Sequence record: NC_049395.1
Reading direction: 5' to 3' (one strand)
From: Escherichia phage ESSI2_ev015
Length of the DNA: 30,584 nt
Both the position numbers and the translations under genes were made by a program. Shown here piece by piece: positions 19,033 to 28,432 of the stretch (position 1 is the stretch's first letter; each line of letters opens with the position of its first letter). Under the pieces are notes generated by a model. That model searched no databases and was not told where the DNA came from. It was given only the letters and a program-made list of their open reading frames with translations.

Positions 19033-20090
19033 GTAAAAAGAAACGCTTTGTTAAGCGCGACCAGCGCGGCGACAAATCAAAAAAGATGAGCATTATCACA
19101 TTCGGCAAACCTGAACCGGTTCTGACTACCGGCACAGATTACCGTGATATCTGGTACGACAATGCCGCCGATCACTTCACCCAGCCGATTGACCGGCTGG
19201 CACTCGCACAACTGATTAATCTTAACGGTCAGCACGGCGGCATCATTCACGCCCGTAAAAACATGATTGTTTCAGACTACCAGGGGGGCGGGCTTATTCA
19301 CGACCAGCTGGAAGCGGCAGCGTTTGACTATATAACCTTTGGGGATATTGCGATTGCCAAAATTCGTAACGGCTGGGGCGATGTGATCGCACTTGAACCC
19401 TTGCCCGGTCTGTATATTCGCCGCCGCAAAGTCAGAGATAACGCGCTGGATAAGCCCGGCGACTACGTGGTGTTACAGGAAGGGGAACCACAGGTATGGC
19501 CAGAAGAAGATATTATCTTCATCAAAATGTATGACCCGCAACAGCATATCTACGGACTGCCGGACTACATCGGCGGTGTGCATTCCGCGTTACTTAACAG
19601 TGAAGCGGTCATTTTCCGACGCCGCTATTACCACAACGGTGCGCACACTGGCGGTATTCTTTATACCCGCGATCCCAGCATGACGGACGAAATGGAGGAA
19701 GAAATTGAACAGCAGCTGCGTGACAGCAAAGGGATCGGTAACTTCTCCACCATCCTTGTAAACATTCCTGGTGGAGACGGTGACGCCATCAAATTCATTG
19801 AAATGGGGGATATTTCCGCGAAGGATGAATTTGCCAACATCAAAAACATCAGCGCCCAGGACATTCTGAACGCGCACCGTTTCCCTGCTGGCCTCGCCGG
19901 TATTGTTCCGCAGAACACTGCCGGACTGGGGGATGTTGAAAAGGCTGAACGCATTTACAAGAAAAGCGAAATAGCCCCCATCCAGCGCCGTTTCATGCTG
20001 GCCGTTAACAACGATCCCGAAATACCGGAAAGGCTACACCTTAACTTTGATTTAAGTTACACAGAATCAACGGATAAGGGTGCGGCATGA
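19029..20090 (+). CDS. Q: Portal protein, gpQ-like
   Basis: 353 aa immediately after P with AAGGAAAGAGG Shine-Dalgarno; size and position match the P2 portal. Confidence 0.8.
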   Translation: MSKKKRFVKRDQRGDKSKKMSIITFGKPEPVLTTGTDYRDIWYDNAADHFTQPIDRLALAQLINLNGQHGGIIHARKNMIVSDYQGGGLIHDQLEAAAFDYITFGDIAIAKIRNGWGDVIALEPLPGLYIRRRKVRDNALDKPGDYVVLQEGEPQVWPEEDIIFIKMYDPQQHIYGLPDYIGGVHSALLNSEAVIFRRRYYHNGAHTGGILYTRDPSMTDEMEEEIEQQLRDSKGIGNFSTILVNIPGGDGDAIKFIEMGDISAKDEFANIKNISAQDILNAHRFPAGLAGIVPQNTAGLGDVEKAERIYKKSEIAPIQRRFMLAVNNDPEIPERLHLNFDLSYTESTDKGAA

Positions 20091-20140
20091 GGCGAAACAG
20101 GCTAAAATCCAGGCATCATTTAACAGCTGGAGCATGGAAT

Positions 20141-20410
20141 ATGCGAGTTCTGAAAATCGAATGCCCGGAATGCGGCTCAAAGGCTGTTATTCGTAAAACG
20201 AACAGGAAGCACCGGCAGATTGCGGATATTTACTGCGCCTGTTCAGATGTTGAGTGTGGCCATACGTTTGTTATGAATCTGACGTTCTCCCACACTCTCA
20301 GCCCCAGCGCTAAAACGGGTGATGCGATGGTGCAAAAAATACTGAATGCACTTTCACCCGATCAGCGCCAGATGGCATTAGACCTATTGAAAGCGACTCC
20401 CGCCGCCTGA
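20141..20410 (+). CDS. ogr: Ogr/Delta-family zinc-finger late transcription activator
   Basis: C-P-E-C ... 22 residues ... C-A-C-S-D-V-E-C-G-H-T-F matches the Ogr/Delta C2C2 arrangement. Start placed at ATG 20141 (MRVLKIECPECG, GGAG Shine-Dalgarno); an upstream in-frame ATG at 20087 overlapping the Q stop is an alternative. Confidence 0.6.
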   Translation: MRVLKIECPECGSKAVIRKTNRKHRQIADIYCACSDVECGHTFVMNLTFSHTLSPSAKTGDAMVQKILNALSPDQRQMALDLLKATPAA

Positions 20411-20414
20411 AATG

Positions 20415-20439
20415 CCCCCATTACTGGGGGTTTTGTTTT
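20415..20439 (+). terminator. Rho-independent terminator after the P-Q-ogr transcript
   Basis: Hairpin CCCCCA-ttac-TGGGGG (6-bp stem) followed by TTTTGTTTT, 5 nt after the ogr stop. Confidence 0.6.
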
Positions 20440-20717
20440 CATACTCATCAAGCTTACTTTCCAGATCTGAAGTCAGTTCGCTCAGCCAGGCAAGTGCTAT
20501 GTCTTTCTCACAGCCGGTGCAATTACTTTTAGCTATAAGCCTTGTAAACAACGCAATCCGCTGCAATGCGATAGTTTCCAAAAACAAATCCTGCACAAGC
20601 ATCCTCCCAAAAACAGAATAACTGTATATAAACACAGTATACATTTAAGCACAAAATGTGAAAGTGCTTTTTCCTGCCATCTACTGACAAATGAATGCCT
20701 TTCACATACTTACACCA

Positions 20718-22739
20718 CTACAACCACCCCGGCCACAGCTCCTGTAATGGCTCGTTTTGAGTCTCTTTAAGCCGCCCGTTGCGGTATATCAGTGCGCCCT
20801 GACCAAATATCAAACCACTACCCCGCAGGAGAATGGCTATTTCTTCATCAGAACCATCAAAACCCCGACTGCGTAATTCCAGTTTTAACCGTCTGCGGGT
20901 TCCCCCCTCCGTACAGTTATTGACAGAACTCCAAGGGGCGGCGTTGCCGCCAGAAAACCCCGCCTCCGCTGGCGCTTCGGCCAACTTCGCAACCTTTTGC
21001 CACTTAACCAGACGGGTGCAAACTTCTGAATCAGGAACCAAAGGAGAATAAACACCCTGTACGCGCTGCACGTCCTCCGCGTATTCGTTGCCTTGTTCCG
21101 TAATTTCATAGGCCAGACGAACAACCAGATCTCGGCGGGCAACCAGTGCACCTCCCTGCGCCTGGGTATATGCAGCCCAGTCCCCGACATCAGCAGCGGC
21201 CAGAACCGCATCCATTCTGCGATCTGTCAGTACCTGATCCCGCAAACGACGCAGCTCACGCCAGACGGTTACCGGCGCACCACCAATCTGCTGAAACTGG
21301 CGAATACGCCAGCGTGAAGCCCACGCGGAAACGGACTTAGCCATATCACGCAGGTTTTCGCCGGTTTCTTCGTCCTGCTCACCATCCAGCGCAAAACCAT
21401 CAATATTTTTTGAAATGTATTTCGCGATGTAGCCCGTGGCCGAACCTTTGGCGGGATCGATAGCTTCAACATGAAAACGCGCCTTCAGCGCCTTTTCAGA
21501 TTGCAGTTCTTCAGAATCGGTAATTCTGGCGTGATAGCAAAGAATATCGCGTACCGTGTCCACGTCCTGCGGACGCATAAAAAGCAACATATGCCAGTGC
21601 GGTGTCCCGTCATGGTGAGGCTCAACAACCCGAAACCCAAAGACATGAATACCCGCACGCGAGATCGCTGCGCGTGCTTTTGCCCATACGCCGCATAAAT
21701 AGCGCTGGGTATCCTGCGGCGTACATCCATCCCATTGCGATACAAAGCCACCTTTGCTGTGTACTGCGTGGAAACGTGATGGCGCAGTGATGGTGTAAAA
21801 CTCACCGGCCAGCCCTTCTTCATTGGCCATATCTTCAAACCCCCGCATTCTTACCATTAGTTCACATCGACGGATCGCCGGATTTGCAACGCTGCGGTGC
21901 ACCATGCTGTCCAGTGCAATGCGCAGCCCCTCATCATTCAGCAGATCAAACTTTTTAAAGAACTCCAGATTCCGCTTTTTCTGGTCTATCCATTCGCCCA
22001 GTGTTTTGCGGGATACATAAGCGCTGGCCGCTTTTTGTACCTGTCCCACCGCGATGGCCATATGTTCGCGCTGTGTATCACGCGCACGTTTAAGACGCAG
22101 GTACCACCATTCTGGCGCCATCATGCGCAGTATCCCTGATTCCGCCTTACGCATTTCCAGTTGGCCTTCATTGGCTTCGTGTTCAGCCCAGTACGGCGGC
22201 TGGTTATTCAGCATCAGGCAACACGCACAAAGATGGCGGTATGATTCCAGGGTGCGGCGGTGCAGCTCTCTGGCGTCGTCAGTGCCGGAATCAAACTGTT
22301 CGGTGAAGTCATAAAGTGACTGGGAAATCCAGCCAGATACCTGGCCAGCCAGTTTTTTAAGATCAGGACGGTCCAGTGACGGCAAGCGCTCCAGCGACTT
22401 ACCAAAAGGAAGATCAGCAGCGTCAGCGGCCAGCGAGTAACGCGCAGCCACTTTGCGCAGACGTGGCAATACACTCCCGCCGATAGTCTGGCGCAGGAAT
22501 GTATTGGCACGGCGACGCCCGTCACGACCAGCAAACAGCTTTTCGTAACGACGGCCAAAATACCCGGCTAACCAGTCGGGTATCTCATGAAGGTACTGTG
22601 AGCGCCATTCGTAATCCTGCGGGTTAACCGCCCACAGGCGGCGCTCGGTGATCGTGGCGTCTGTAGGCGTACCCGGTGCGAACGTTTCACGCCGCCAGGT
22701 ATCGACGGCGTGATGTTGGCCATTGGCGACAGGAGTCAT
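20718..22739 (-). CDS. A: Replication initiation endonuclease, gpA-like (rolling-circle, HUH-type)
   Basis: 673 aa; contains H-W-H-M-L-L-F (histidine-hydrophobic-histidine) motif; last large gene of the early operon as in P2/186. Confidence 0.8.
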   Translation of the reverse strand: MTPVANGQHHAVDTWRRETFAPGTPTDATITERRLWAVNPQDYEWRSQYLHEIPDWLAGYFGRRYEKLFAGRDGRRRANTFLRQTIGGSVLPRLRKVAARYSLAADAADLPFGKSLERLPSLDRPDLKKLAGQVSGWISQSLYDFTEQFDSGTDDARELHRRTLESYRHLCACCLMLNNQPPYWAEHEANEGQLEMRKAESGILRMMAPEWWYLRLKRARDTQREHMAIAVGQVQKAASAYVSRKTLGEWIDQKKRNLEFFKKFDLLNDEGLRIALDSMVHRSVANPAIRRCELMVRMRGFEDMANEEGLAGEFYTITAPSRFHAVHSKGGFVSQWDGCTPQDTQRYLCGVWAKARAAISRAGIHVFGFRVVEPHHDGTPHWHMLLFMRPQDVDTVRDILCYHARITDSEELQSEKALKARFHVEAIDPAKGSATGYIAKYISKNIDGFALDGEQDEETGENLRDMAKSVSAWASRWRIRQFQQIGGAPVTVWRELRRLRDQVLTDRRMDAVLAAADVGDWAAYTQAQGGALVARRDLVVRLAYEITEQGNEYAEDVQRVQGVYSPLVPDSEVCTRLVKWQKVAKLAEAPAEAGFSGGNAAPWSSVNNCTEGGTRRRLKLELRSRGFDGSDEEIAILLRGSGLIFGQGALIYRNGRLKETQNEPLQELWPGWL

Positions 22740-23596
22740 GCGCAGGCCATCGCTATAGAATCAATCGGCGACTTCAGAATTAACTCTGCGGCAACTTTCT
22801 GGCTTGCAGCTGCGGCACCAACACTACGCGGGGCATTAATGCGAACGGCTTCAAATCCGGCGTACAGGTAATGCACCATTTCCAGATCGGCATTAGAGGC
22901 CACAACCGGCACACCTTTTCTGGCCAGACGGCGCAACTTACGCGCCAGCCTCCCCTGATCCATGTGCGAAAAACCGCGCTCATGGTAAGCGGTGAAATTG
23001 TCGCTTTCAGTCAGATAAGGCGGATCACAGTAAACAACGTCATTCCCGTCCCGAACCAAATCGAGCGTTTCTGAATAGTGGGCAGTAATGAACGTTGCGC
23101 GTTTTGCTTTTTCAGCAAAGGCGCGGATTTCATCAGCGGGGAAATAAGGCTTTTTGTACTTACCGAACGGGACGTTGAACTGGCCTCGACGGTTATACCG
23201 GCACAGACCATTGAAGCAGTGCCGGTTCAGGTACAGGAAACGCGCAGCAGCTTCTACAGATTCCGAACCAAAGGATTTACCTGACTGGTTGAAAGCATCC
23301 CGCACAGCATAATAGAAAACTGCGCGGCTTTCTTCATCACCTAACGAACCGGCAGTAAACAGACTTTCCAGCTCATTGAGCAGCGCATCAGTGTGATACG
23401 CCATCGCCTTATAAAGATTAACCAGATCAGGATTCACATCTGCGATCAGATACTCGTCATAATCCGTATTCATCATGACGGCGCAGGAACCTGCGAACGG
23501 CTCAACCAGGCGTTTACCTTCTGGAAGGTGCGGACGCAGCTTAGGCATAAGGCGGGCTTTGCTACCCACCCATTTAAGCGGAGTTTTAACGGCCAT
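22736..23596 (-). CDS. dam: DNA adenine methyltransferase (Dam-like, GATC-type)
   Basis: Track start is TTG; ATG at 23596 with GGAGGT Shine-Dalgarno. DPPY catalytic motif and a long block ([33 protein letters not shown]) closely matching my recollection of E. coli Dam. Confidence 0.8.
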   Translation of the reverse strand: MAVKTPLKWVGSKARLMPKLRPHLPEGKRLVEPFAGSCAVMMNTDYDEYLIADVNPDLVNLYKAMAYHTDALLNELESLFTAGSLGDEESRAVFYYAVRDAFNQSGKSFGSESVEAAARFLYLNRHCFNGLCRYNRRGQFNVPFGKYKKPYFPADEIRAFAEKAKRATFITAHYSETLDLVRDGNDVVYCDPPYLTESDNFTAYHERGFSHMDQGRLARKLRRLARKGVPVVASNADLEMVHYLYAGFEAVRINAPRSVGAAAASQKVAAELILKSPIDSIAMACA

Positions 23597-23915
23597 AATG
23601 ACCTCCGCCAACTAACGACTCTGTTACACCGTTTGAAATGATGTATTCCAGCACTTCAAGCGGTGACAGCGAACGGATAGATAAAACCACCCAATTTTCG
23701 GTATCAGCGATGATTTCATTCACCGGCAACACATGGGTGATAACTGCCGCCCACTCTCGCCCGGTGTATTTCCCGTGCTTCCACTCGCACAATGAAAGAA
23801 CATCACCGGTTTTATACCCGCGATCATTTTTACGCAGTTCGGCCTTTTTCTGGCCAGCCACCACAGCATCAAGGTATTTCGGCGCAATTTTTACCGCATG
23901 GATTTTGATTATCAT
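23586..23915 (-). CDS. ASCH/DUF3850-like small protein
   Basis: ~109 aa from ATG 23915 ([32 protein letters not shown]...), ATGA overlap with exonuclease stop; resembles ASCH/PUA-like fold proteins. Family from memory. Confidence 0.45.
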   Translation of the reverse strand: MIIKIHAVKIAPKYLDAVVAGQKKAELRKNDRGYKTGDVLSLCEWKHGKYTGREWAAVITHVLPVNEIIADTENWVVLSIRSLSPLEVLEYIISNGVTESLVGGGHYGR

Positions 23916-24508
23916 TTTGCACCGCCTTGCGCTAAAGCTTTGATGACACCTAATGTCATTTTGCAATCAGCTAAAGCACGGTGTGCCTTCCCCTCGATCA
24001 CAACTCCTTCATGCGCGGCGGCATCAACTAACTTATGCCATTTATAACCGTGATATTTCCCCGGCTCGCCACGATATTCTGCATATAGTTTCATTGCGCA
24101 AACAGAATGAGCAGCAAGCATCCATGGCGCACCTTCAGAAGGTCTTCCATTCAATGCGTAGGTCTGACGAATTAACCGGAGATCATAATCGGCGTTATAG
24201 ATAACAAAGCCAAAACGTCTAATAAGTTCTTCCACTGCGCCGCATATATCTGTCCACGCAGGAGCATAGGCAACCATTTCATTTGTGATCCCATGAATGG
24301 CAATTGCTTCATCAGGAATAGGCTTAGTAGGTTTAACAAGCGTGTTAAGCAGAATAAATCCATGGCTATCAATGATGCATATTTCTACTATTTCTGCATC
24401 ATCACCCAGCCCCGTGGTTTCGGTATCAATAAATAGGCGATTATCGTCAAGCCACTGTTGTGCTAACAGGCTGATAGAATACTTCAATTGCTTAGTATTC
24501 AATTCCAT
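23912..24508 (-). CDS. 3'-5' exonuclease, DEDD/DnaQ-like
   Basis: Track start is TTG; ATG at 24508 with AAGGAGGT Shine-Dalgarno; Exo I motif FIDTETTGL near the N-terminus. Confidence 0.7.
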   Translation of the reverse strand: MELNTKQLKYSISLLAQQWLDDNRLFIDTETTGLGDDAEIVEICIIDSHGFILLNTLVKPTKPIPDEAIAIHGITNEMVAYAPAWTDICGAVEELIRRFGFVIYNADYDLRLIRQTYALNGRPSEGAPWMLAAHSVCAMKLYAEYRGEPGKYHGYKWHKLVDAAAHEGVVIEGKAHRALADCKMTLGVIKALAQGGAK

Positions 24509-24732
24509 GCTGCACCTCCTTTGCTGCAAATCGCCGCTGCTTCTTCGCGGATCAACTCAACGATTTCCGTTGCGCTTAAACCTTCATTGGCCGCATGAGT
24601 GGCCAACTTATCCAGACGGGTGGAACACAGATCAGCAGCTGCGGCTTTACCTTCCTGCGTGGCTTTGGTGAGCATGGCCAGCAGGTCGGTGCCTGATTTT
24701 GTTGCGGGTAAATCCTGACGTGTCATGTGCAT
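24499..24732 (-). CDS. Hypothetical early protein (77 aa)
   Basis: ATG with AAGGAAA Shine-Dalgarno; Ala-rich helical; overlaps the exonuclease start by ~10 nt. Confidence 0.45.
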   Translation of the reverse strand: MHMTRQDLPATKSGTDLLAMLTKATQEGKAAAADLCSTRLDKLATHAANEGLSATEIVELIREEAAAICSKGGAAWN

Positions 24733-24799
24733 TTTGGTTTCCTTAAGGCAAAAGAATCCCCGGCCACTTGAACCGTGGCCAAAAAATTCAGGCTGTTAA

Positions 24800-25201
24800 T
24801 TAGTGAAAAGTGGGTTGTACTGTGGCGGCTGAGTAGTTCGGTGCCGGAATCAGGTGAAGCTCATAGGTTGTCCGCCACCACTCCTGGATCAGCGCTTTTA
24901 TCTCGCCAACACCCAGCGCCCCGGCTGTATAGAAAATTGCACGAATCCCCGCCAGCGCTTCTATCTGGGCTTCTTTGCTTTCCGCTTCGCGATACACGCA
25001 GCACCAGAAAGCGGCATTGATCGCCAGCCAGTGACGCGGATTTGTCATGTGTTCAGTGTCATTGAAGAAGAACGGATGCAAAGCGATGCGGCCATTTTTA
25101 CTGGTACTTTTCGCTGCAAACGCTACAGCGTAGTTATGCGGGACACCCCACACAGCCAGTTCAGCCCCCAACGATTTACCCTCAACGGAAATAATGGTCA
25201 T
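24800..25201 (-). CDS. Hypothetical early protein (133 aa)
   Basis: ATG with AGGGGAA Shine-Dalgarno; start overlaps the stop of the upstream ORF by 1 nt. Confidence 0.45.
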   Translation of the reverse strand: MTIISVEGKSLGAELAVWGVPHNYAVAFAAKSTSKNGRIALHPFFFNDTEHMTNPRHWLAINAAFWCCVYREAESKEAQIEALAGIRAIFYTAGALGVGEIKALIQEWWRTTYELHLIPAPNYSAATVQPTFH

Positions 25202-25629
25202 TAGTGATTCCCCTGTTGCTGGAACTTATGGACGATATGAGGCGCGATCACCATCTGCACCCCGCTACTGCTATAAATTGGATGTGCCTTTTTGATCGGG
25301 CGGTTCGCGGTGCGCTTTGAAAAATCGCTGTCACGTAAACTGCCGAAACCTTCAAACGTTAACCGCGCCCGTGAAATGCCCTGGCGCAGTTGAATCATGT
25401 CCCGATAGCCCAGGCGTTCATAAAGCTCCCGCCAGCAGCACTTGCTTAAGTGGGCTTTAAATGCCCCGGTACCAGATGTAACCGCAGCAGCATGAAGCAC
25501 TACACCCCGCCACTCTGGTGTTAAGTTGTCCCACCATTCAGCGGCCTCACTGCTTTCGCTGAAGTATTTGCGGCGGATCTGTTTTAAATGCTCCAGCCCG
25601 CGCTTTTGCTGTTCCTGGCTAATCGCCAT
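25201..25629 (-). CDS. Hypothetical early protein (~142 aa; track shows a 207-aa GTG-initiated version)
   Basis: First ATG of the track ORF is at 25629 (MAISQEQQKRG...) with AGGGGG Shine-Dalgarno; the 65-codon N-terminal extension starts at GTG and overlaps a better-supported small ORF in another frame. Confidence 0.4.
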   Translation of the reverse strand: MAISQEQQKRGLEHLKQIRRKYFSESSEAAEWWDNLTPEWRGVVLHAAAVTSGTGAFKAHLSKCCWRELYERLGYRDMIQLRQGISRARLTFEGFGSLRDSDFSKRTANRPIKKAHPIYSSSGVQMVIAPHIVHKFQQQGNH

Positions 25630-25637
25630 AACGCCCC

Positions 25638-25811
25638 CTATAACCCCATCAGACGACGCCACCACGGGCGGCGCGGCTGCTGGCCATTGAATTTGTACAT
25701 GTGGCCAGGGTTCCAGCGCTGACCGTTCGGCAGTTCTATCCAGCCCGTTGAACCACTCGGCAACTGCATGGCTGGTGATTCTTTTTTCAGGTAAGTCACA
25801 AACGCTTTCAT
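25638..25811 (-). CDS. Small ORF (57 aa) immediately downstream of cII, absent from the ORF track
   Basis: ATG ~10 nt after the cII stop with GAGGGAA Shine-Dalgarno; MKAFVTYLKKESPAMQLPSGSTGWIELPNGQRWNPGHMYKFNGQQPRRPWWRRLMGL; its TAG stop is 9 nt before the next ATG. Below the track's 60-aa cutoff. Confidence 0.4.
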   Translation of the reverse strand: MKAFVTYLKKESPAMQLPSGSTGWIELPNGQRWNPGHMYKFNGQQPRRPWWRRLMGL

Positions 25812-25820
25812 GGTGTTCCC

Positions 25821-26324
25821 TCACATCAGGCCGGTGGCATTGGTTGTGACCAAATCCACCGCAGCGGCCAGAACCGGCGCAGAGTGAATACGGCTTTCAA
25901 CGGTATAAGCCAGAACGGATAAGCTACGGATTGCATCGCGGGCGCGATCCAGAATTTGAGTACGGCGGGCGGCGGTCATATGGCCAGTTGATACGGCTTC
26001 CCCAGCAATCGCGCCTACACACGCAGTGGCGCTAAGCGCACACAACTGCATGTTGGCTTCAGTGGCATTGTTCACCGGCACGGATGGAAGGCAGTTAATC
26101 TGACCTAACATCCCATCAAGTAAACGCGCATCCTCGGTGTAATCCGTGATAGCCAAAAGCTCATCACAGGTTAAGCGGTGCGGTTGTGCTGGGTTCAGTT
26201 TGTTGCGCAGGATCTGCGACTTCATACCAACGGCTGCGGCCACATCTTCAAGATTGTGCTCAGTTGCAAATGCTCGGCAAGCCGCATCAAAGTGCGCATG
26301 TTTAGAGGTCTGGTAATCAAACAT
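25821..26324 (-). CDS. cII: CII-like lysogeny establishment regulator (186 CII-like)
   Basis: 167 aa (186 CII is about this size as I recall), second gene of the early lytic operon after the Apl/Cox-like gene; AGGGAGAGG Shine-Dalgarno. Confidence 0.55.
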   Translation of the reverse strand: MFDYQTSKHAHFDAACRAFATEHNLEDVAAAVGMKSQILRNKLNPAQPHRLTCDELLAITDYTEDARLLDGMLGQINCLPSVPVNNATEANMQLCALSATACVGAIAGEAVSTGHMTAARRTQILDRARDAIRSLSVLAYTVESRIHSAPVLAAAVDLVTTNATGLM

Positions 26325-26354
26325 TGTTTGCCTCTCCCTAATCCGTAGGATGGA

Positions 26355-26576
26355 TTACGCGTTAAGCGAAATATTGCATTCGCTTAACGCTTCAACGGTC
26401 AGAGCGGCCATGTTTATTTCCACACGGCCTTTAGGCATTTCTCCTTTGCCACGAATAGGCAGACGGCCATCCCGGATCATGTCACGGGCTGTGCTTTCAG
26501 CTGTATTCGTTAATTTGCACCACTCTTTAAGTGGTAGATAAGGGGCTGGGATGGTGATTGTAATGTTAGGACGCAT
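26355..26576 (-). CDS. Apl/Cox-like small HTH protein (excision/switch regulator)
   Basis: 73 aa, first gene of the early operon, divergent from the repressor; helix-turn-helix-like segment KEWCKLTNTAESTARDMIRDGRLP. Confidence 0.5.
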   Translation of the reverse strand: MRPNITITIPAPYLPLKEWCKLTNTAESTARDMIRDGRLPIRGKGEMPKGRVEINMAALTVEALSECNISLNA

Positions 26577-26710
26577 AAGGCAAACTCCCGTATTCGGTTG
26601 AATGCAGCAACATTCAACAACATTCGATTTAAACTACAACACGGAGAGACTCTACTTCGACTTAATCGAGAAATCAACAGTATTTCGATTTAATCGAGAG
26701 AGCTAGCGAT
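26577..26710. promoter_or_regulatory. Immunity switch region (divergent early/lysogenic promoters and operators)
   Basis: 134-bp intergenic region between divergent apl-like and cI-like genes; three copies of TTCGAYTTAA (26623, 26656, 26684), two extended to 16-bp repeats TTCGA(C/T)TTAATCGAGA with near-palindromic core; tandem 10-bp repeat CAACATTC(A/G)A at 26608-26627. Confidence 0.5.
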
Positions 26711-27298
26711 ATGAGCAAATTCCCTTTTGAGCAGATAGGGCACAGCAGCGACGTGCTTGATCGAGTAGTAGAGGCTTACGGCTTCACTTCAAAGCTACAG
26801 CTTGCGGAACATTTCGATATGGCCTCAAGTAGCCTTTCCGCAAGGTTTAAACGAGGAATATTCCCGGCTGATATGGTGGTTCGCTGCGTAGCAGAAACCG
26901 GGGCGTCTCTTGAGTGGCTATCTACTGGCCAGGGGAAGAAATTCGATGATGATCAGTTAGACATCATGAAATTTCCCCGTAAAAAATTAGTTGATGGCCA
27001 GCTCTATGACTCTGGTTACGCAATGTTCGATAAAGTTTTTTTCAGGGCAGGAGCGCCACTCCCCGCAGCACCTTTCTGCGTACTAGATGAAAAAGCGCAG
27101 TACATCCTAGACCAGAAATTTTCCGAGGTTTTTGATGGCGAATGGCTGGTAAATATCGAAGGAAAAACCAGTATCAGAACGCTGACACGCATCCCGGTAA
27201 AAAAGGTACGCGTCAGTGGTGTTGGCATGGCTTTTGACTGTGGGCTGGAAGATATCGAAATTATCGGCCGCGTGGTCATGACGATAACAAACGCATAA
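26711..27298 (+). CDS. cI: CI-like immunity repressor
   Basis: 195 aa (186 CI is ~192 aa as I recall), immediately upstream of and overlapping int (TAATG); divergent from the early operon. Confidence 0.6.
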   Translation: MSKFPFEQIGHSSDVLDRVVEAYGFTSKLQLAEHFDMASSSLSARFKRGIFPADMVVRCVAETGASLEWLSTGQGKKFDDDQLDIMKFPRKKLVDGQLYDSGYAMFDKVFFRAGAPLPAAPFCVLDEKAQYILDQKFSEVFDGEWLVNIEGKTSIRTLTRIPVKKVRVSGVGMAFDCGLEDIEIIGRVVMTITNA

Positions 27299-28359
27299 TG
27301 GGCATCAGAAAACAGCCGGACGGGAAATGGTTGCTGGACTTTTACCCGGAAGGAAAACCCCAGGGAAAAGCCAGCAAGCGCATCCGCAAGACGTTCTCCA
27401 CCAAAGGCGAGGCGCTAGCCTACCAAAATCACATTATGGAAAACGTCCATGTAAAGCCCTGGCTTGACGGTAAAGAGGATCGGAGAAAGCTACGCGACTT
27501 AGTAAACCAATGGTTCGATGAACATGGTGTGACGCTTGACGATGGCGAAAAACGTAAAGGCGCAATGGAATTTGCGTGTCAAAGCATGGGTGATCCGCTG
27601 GCGCATGAATTTGACGCCACGATGTTTTCGCTTTATCGCAAAAAACGTTTATCCGGTGAAATATCCAGAACAGCGCGTGTAAAACAAGTCGCTCCCAGAA
27701 CCATGAATTTAGAACTGGCCTATTTTCGTGCCGTGTTTAATGAGCTTAAGCGCTTAGGACATTGGAAATCTGAAAACCCCCTGTCTAACGTTCGCCCCTT
27801 TAAATCTGAGGAAGCTGAACTGGCTTATTTGGAACATGATGAAATCGAACGATTGTTATCCGAATGTTCGAAAAGTCGAAACGCCAGCACTTACTGGGTT
27901 GCATGTTTATGCCTGATAACCGGCGCTCGCTGGGATGAAGCGGAATCATTAACGACTAAGCAAATCAGAAACCTAAAAGTCAGCTTTTTTAAAACTAAAG
28001 GGAACAGGAACAGAACTGTTCCAATCAGCCAGGACTTTTATGACGCATTGCCGAAACCAGAAAAACCAGGGCGTTTTTTTACACCCTGCTATTCGGCCTT
28101 TCGCAAAGCCGTAGAGCGTGCGGAACTCGACTTACCTGATGGCCAATTGTCACATGTGCTACGACACACTTTCGCCAGTCACTTTATGATGAACGGCGGG
28201 AACATTCTGGTTTTAAAAGAGATACTGGGACACACTGACATTAAAATGACCATGCGTTACGCGCATTTCGCTCCAAGCCATTTGCAGGAAGCCATAACGC
28301 TAAACCCTTTGGGACAAAATGCCCCTTTTCTGTCCCCTCAGGACTCAAACATCCAATAA
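27298..28359 (+). CDS. int: Tyrosine-type integrase
   Basis: 353 aa; C-terminal catalytic region HVLRHTFASHFMMNGGNILVLKEILGHTDIKMTMRYAHF (R...H-x-x-R...Y signature); adjacent to the att core. Confidence 0.9.
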   Translation: MGIRKQPDGKWLLDFYPEGKPQGKASKRIRKTFSTKGEALAYQNHIMENVHVKPWLDGKEDRRKLRDLVNQWFDEHGVTLDDGEKRKGAMEFACQSMGDPLAHEFDATMFSLYRKKRLSGEISRTARVKQVAPRTMNLELAYFRAVFNELKRLGHWKSENPLSNVRPFKSEEAELAYLEHDEIERLLSECSKSRNASTYWVACLCLITGARWDEAESLTTKQIRNLKVSFFKTKGNRNRTVPISQDFYDALPKPEKPGRFFTPCYSAFRKAVERAELDLPDGQLSHVLRHTFASHFMMNGGNILVLKEILGHTDIKMTMRYAHFAPSHLQEAITLNPLGQNAPFLSPQDSNIQ

Positions 28360-28432
28360 CATTCAATAATATTCGTTGTGTAACTTTCTGATTTATCTGT
28401 AAGTTATTGTTTTTAAATGATGGTGCATCGTT

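Noticed and set aside
20384-20644. 86-aa - strand ORF and 69-aa + strand ORF (20412-20621) in the ogr-to-A intergenic region
   Set aside because: Both read through the terminator hairpin, lack Shine-Dalgarno sequences and overlap each other on opposite strands; low-complexity translations. More likely non-coding packaging or regulatory DNA.
25630-25824. N-terminal 65 codons of the 207-aa track ORF
   Set aside because: Starts at GTG with no ribosome-binding site and overlaps a better-supported 57-aa ORF in another frame; the first in-frame ATG with a strong Shine-Dalgarno is at 25629.
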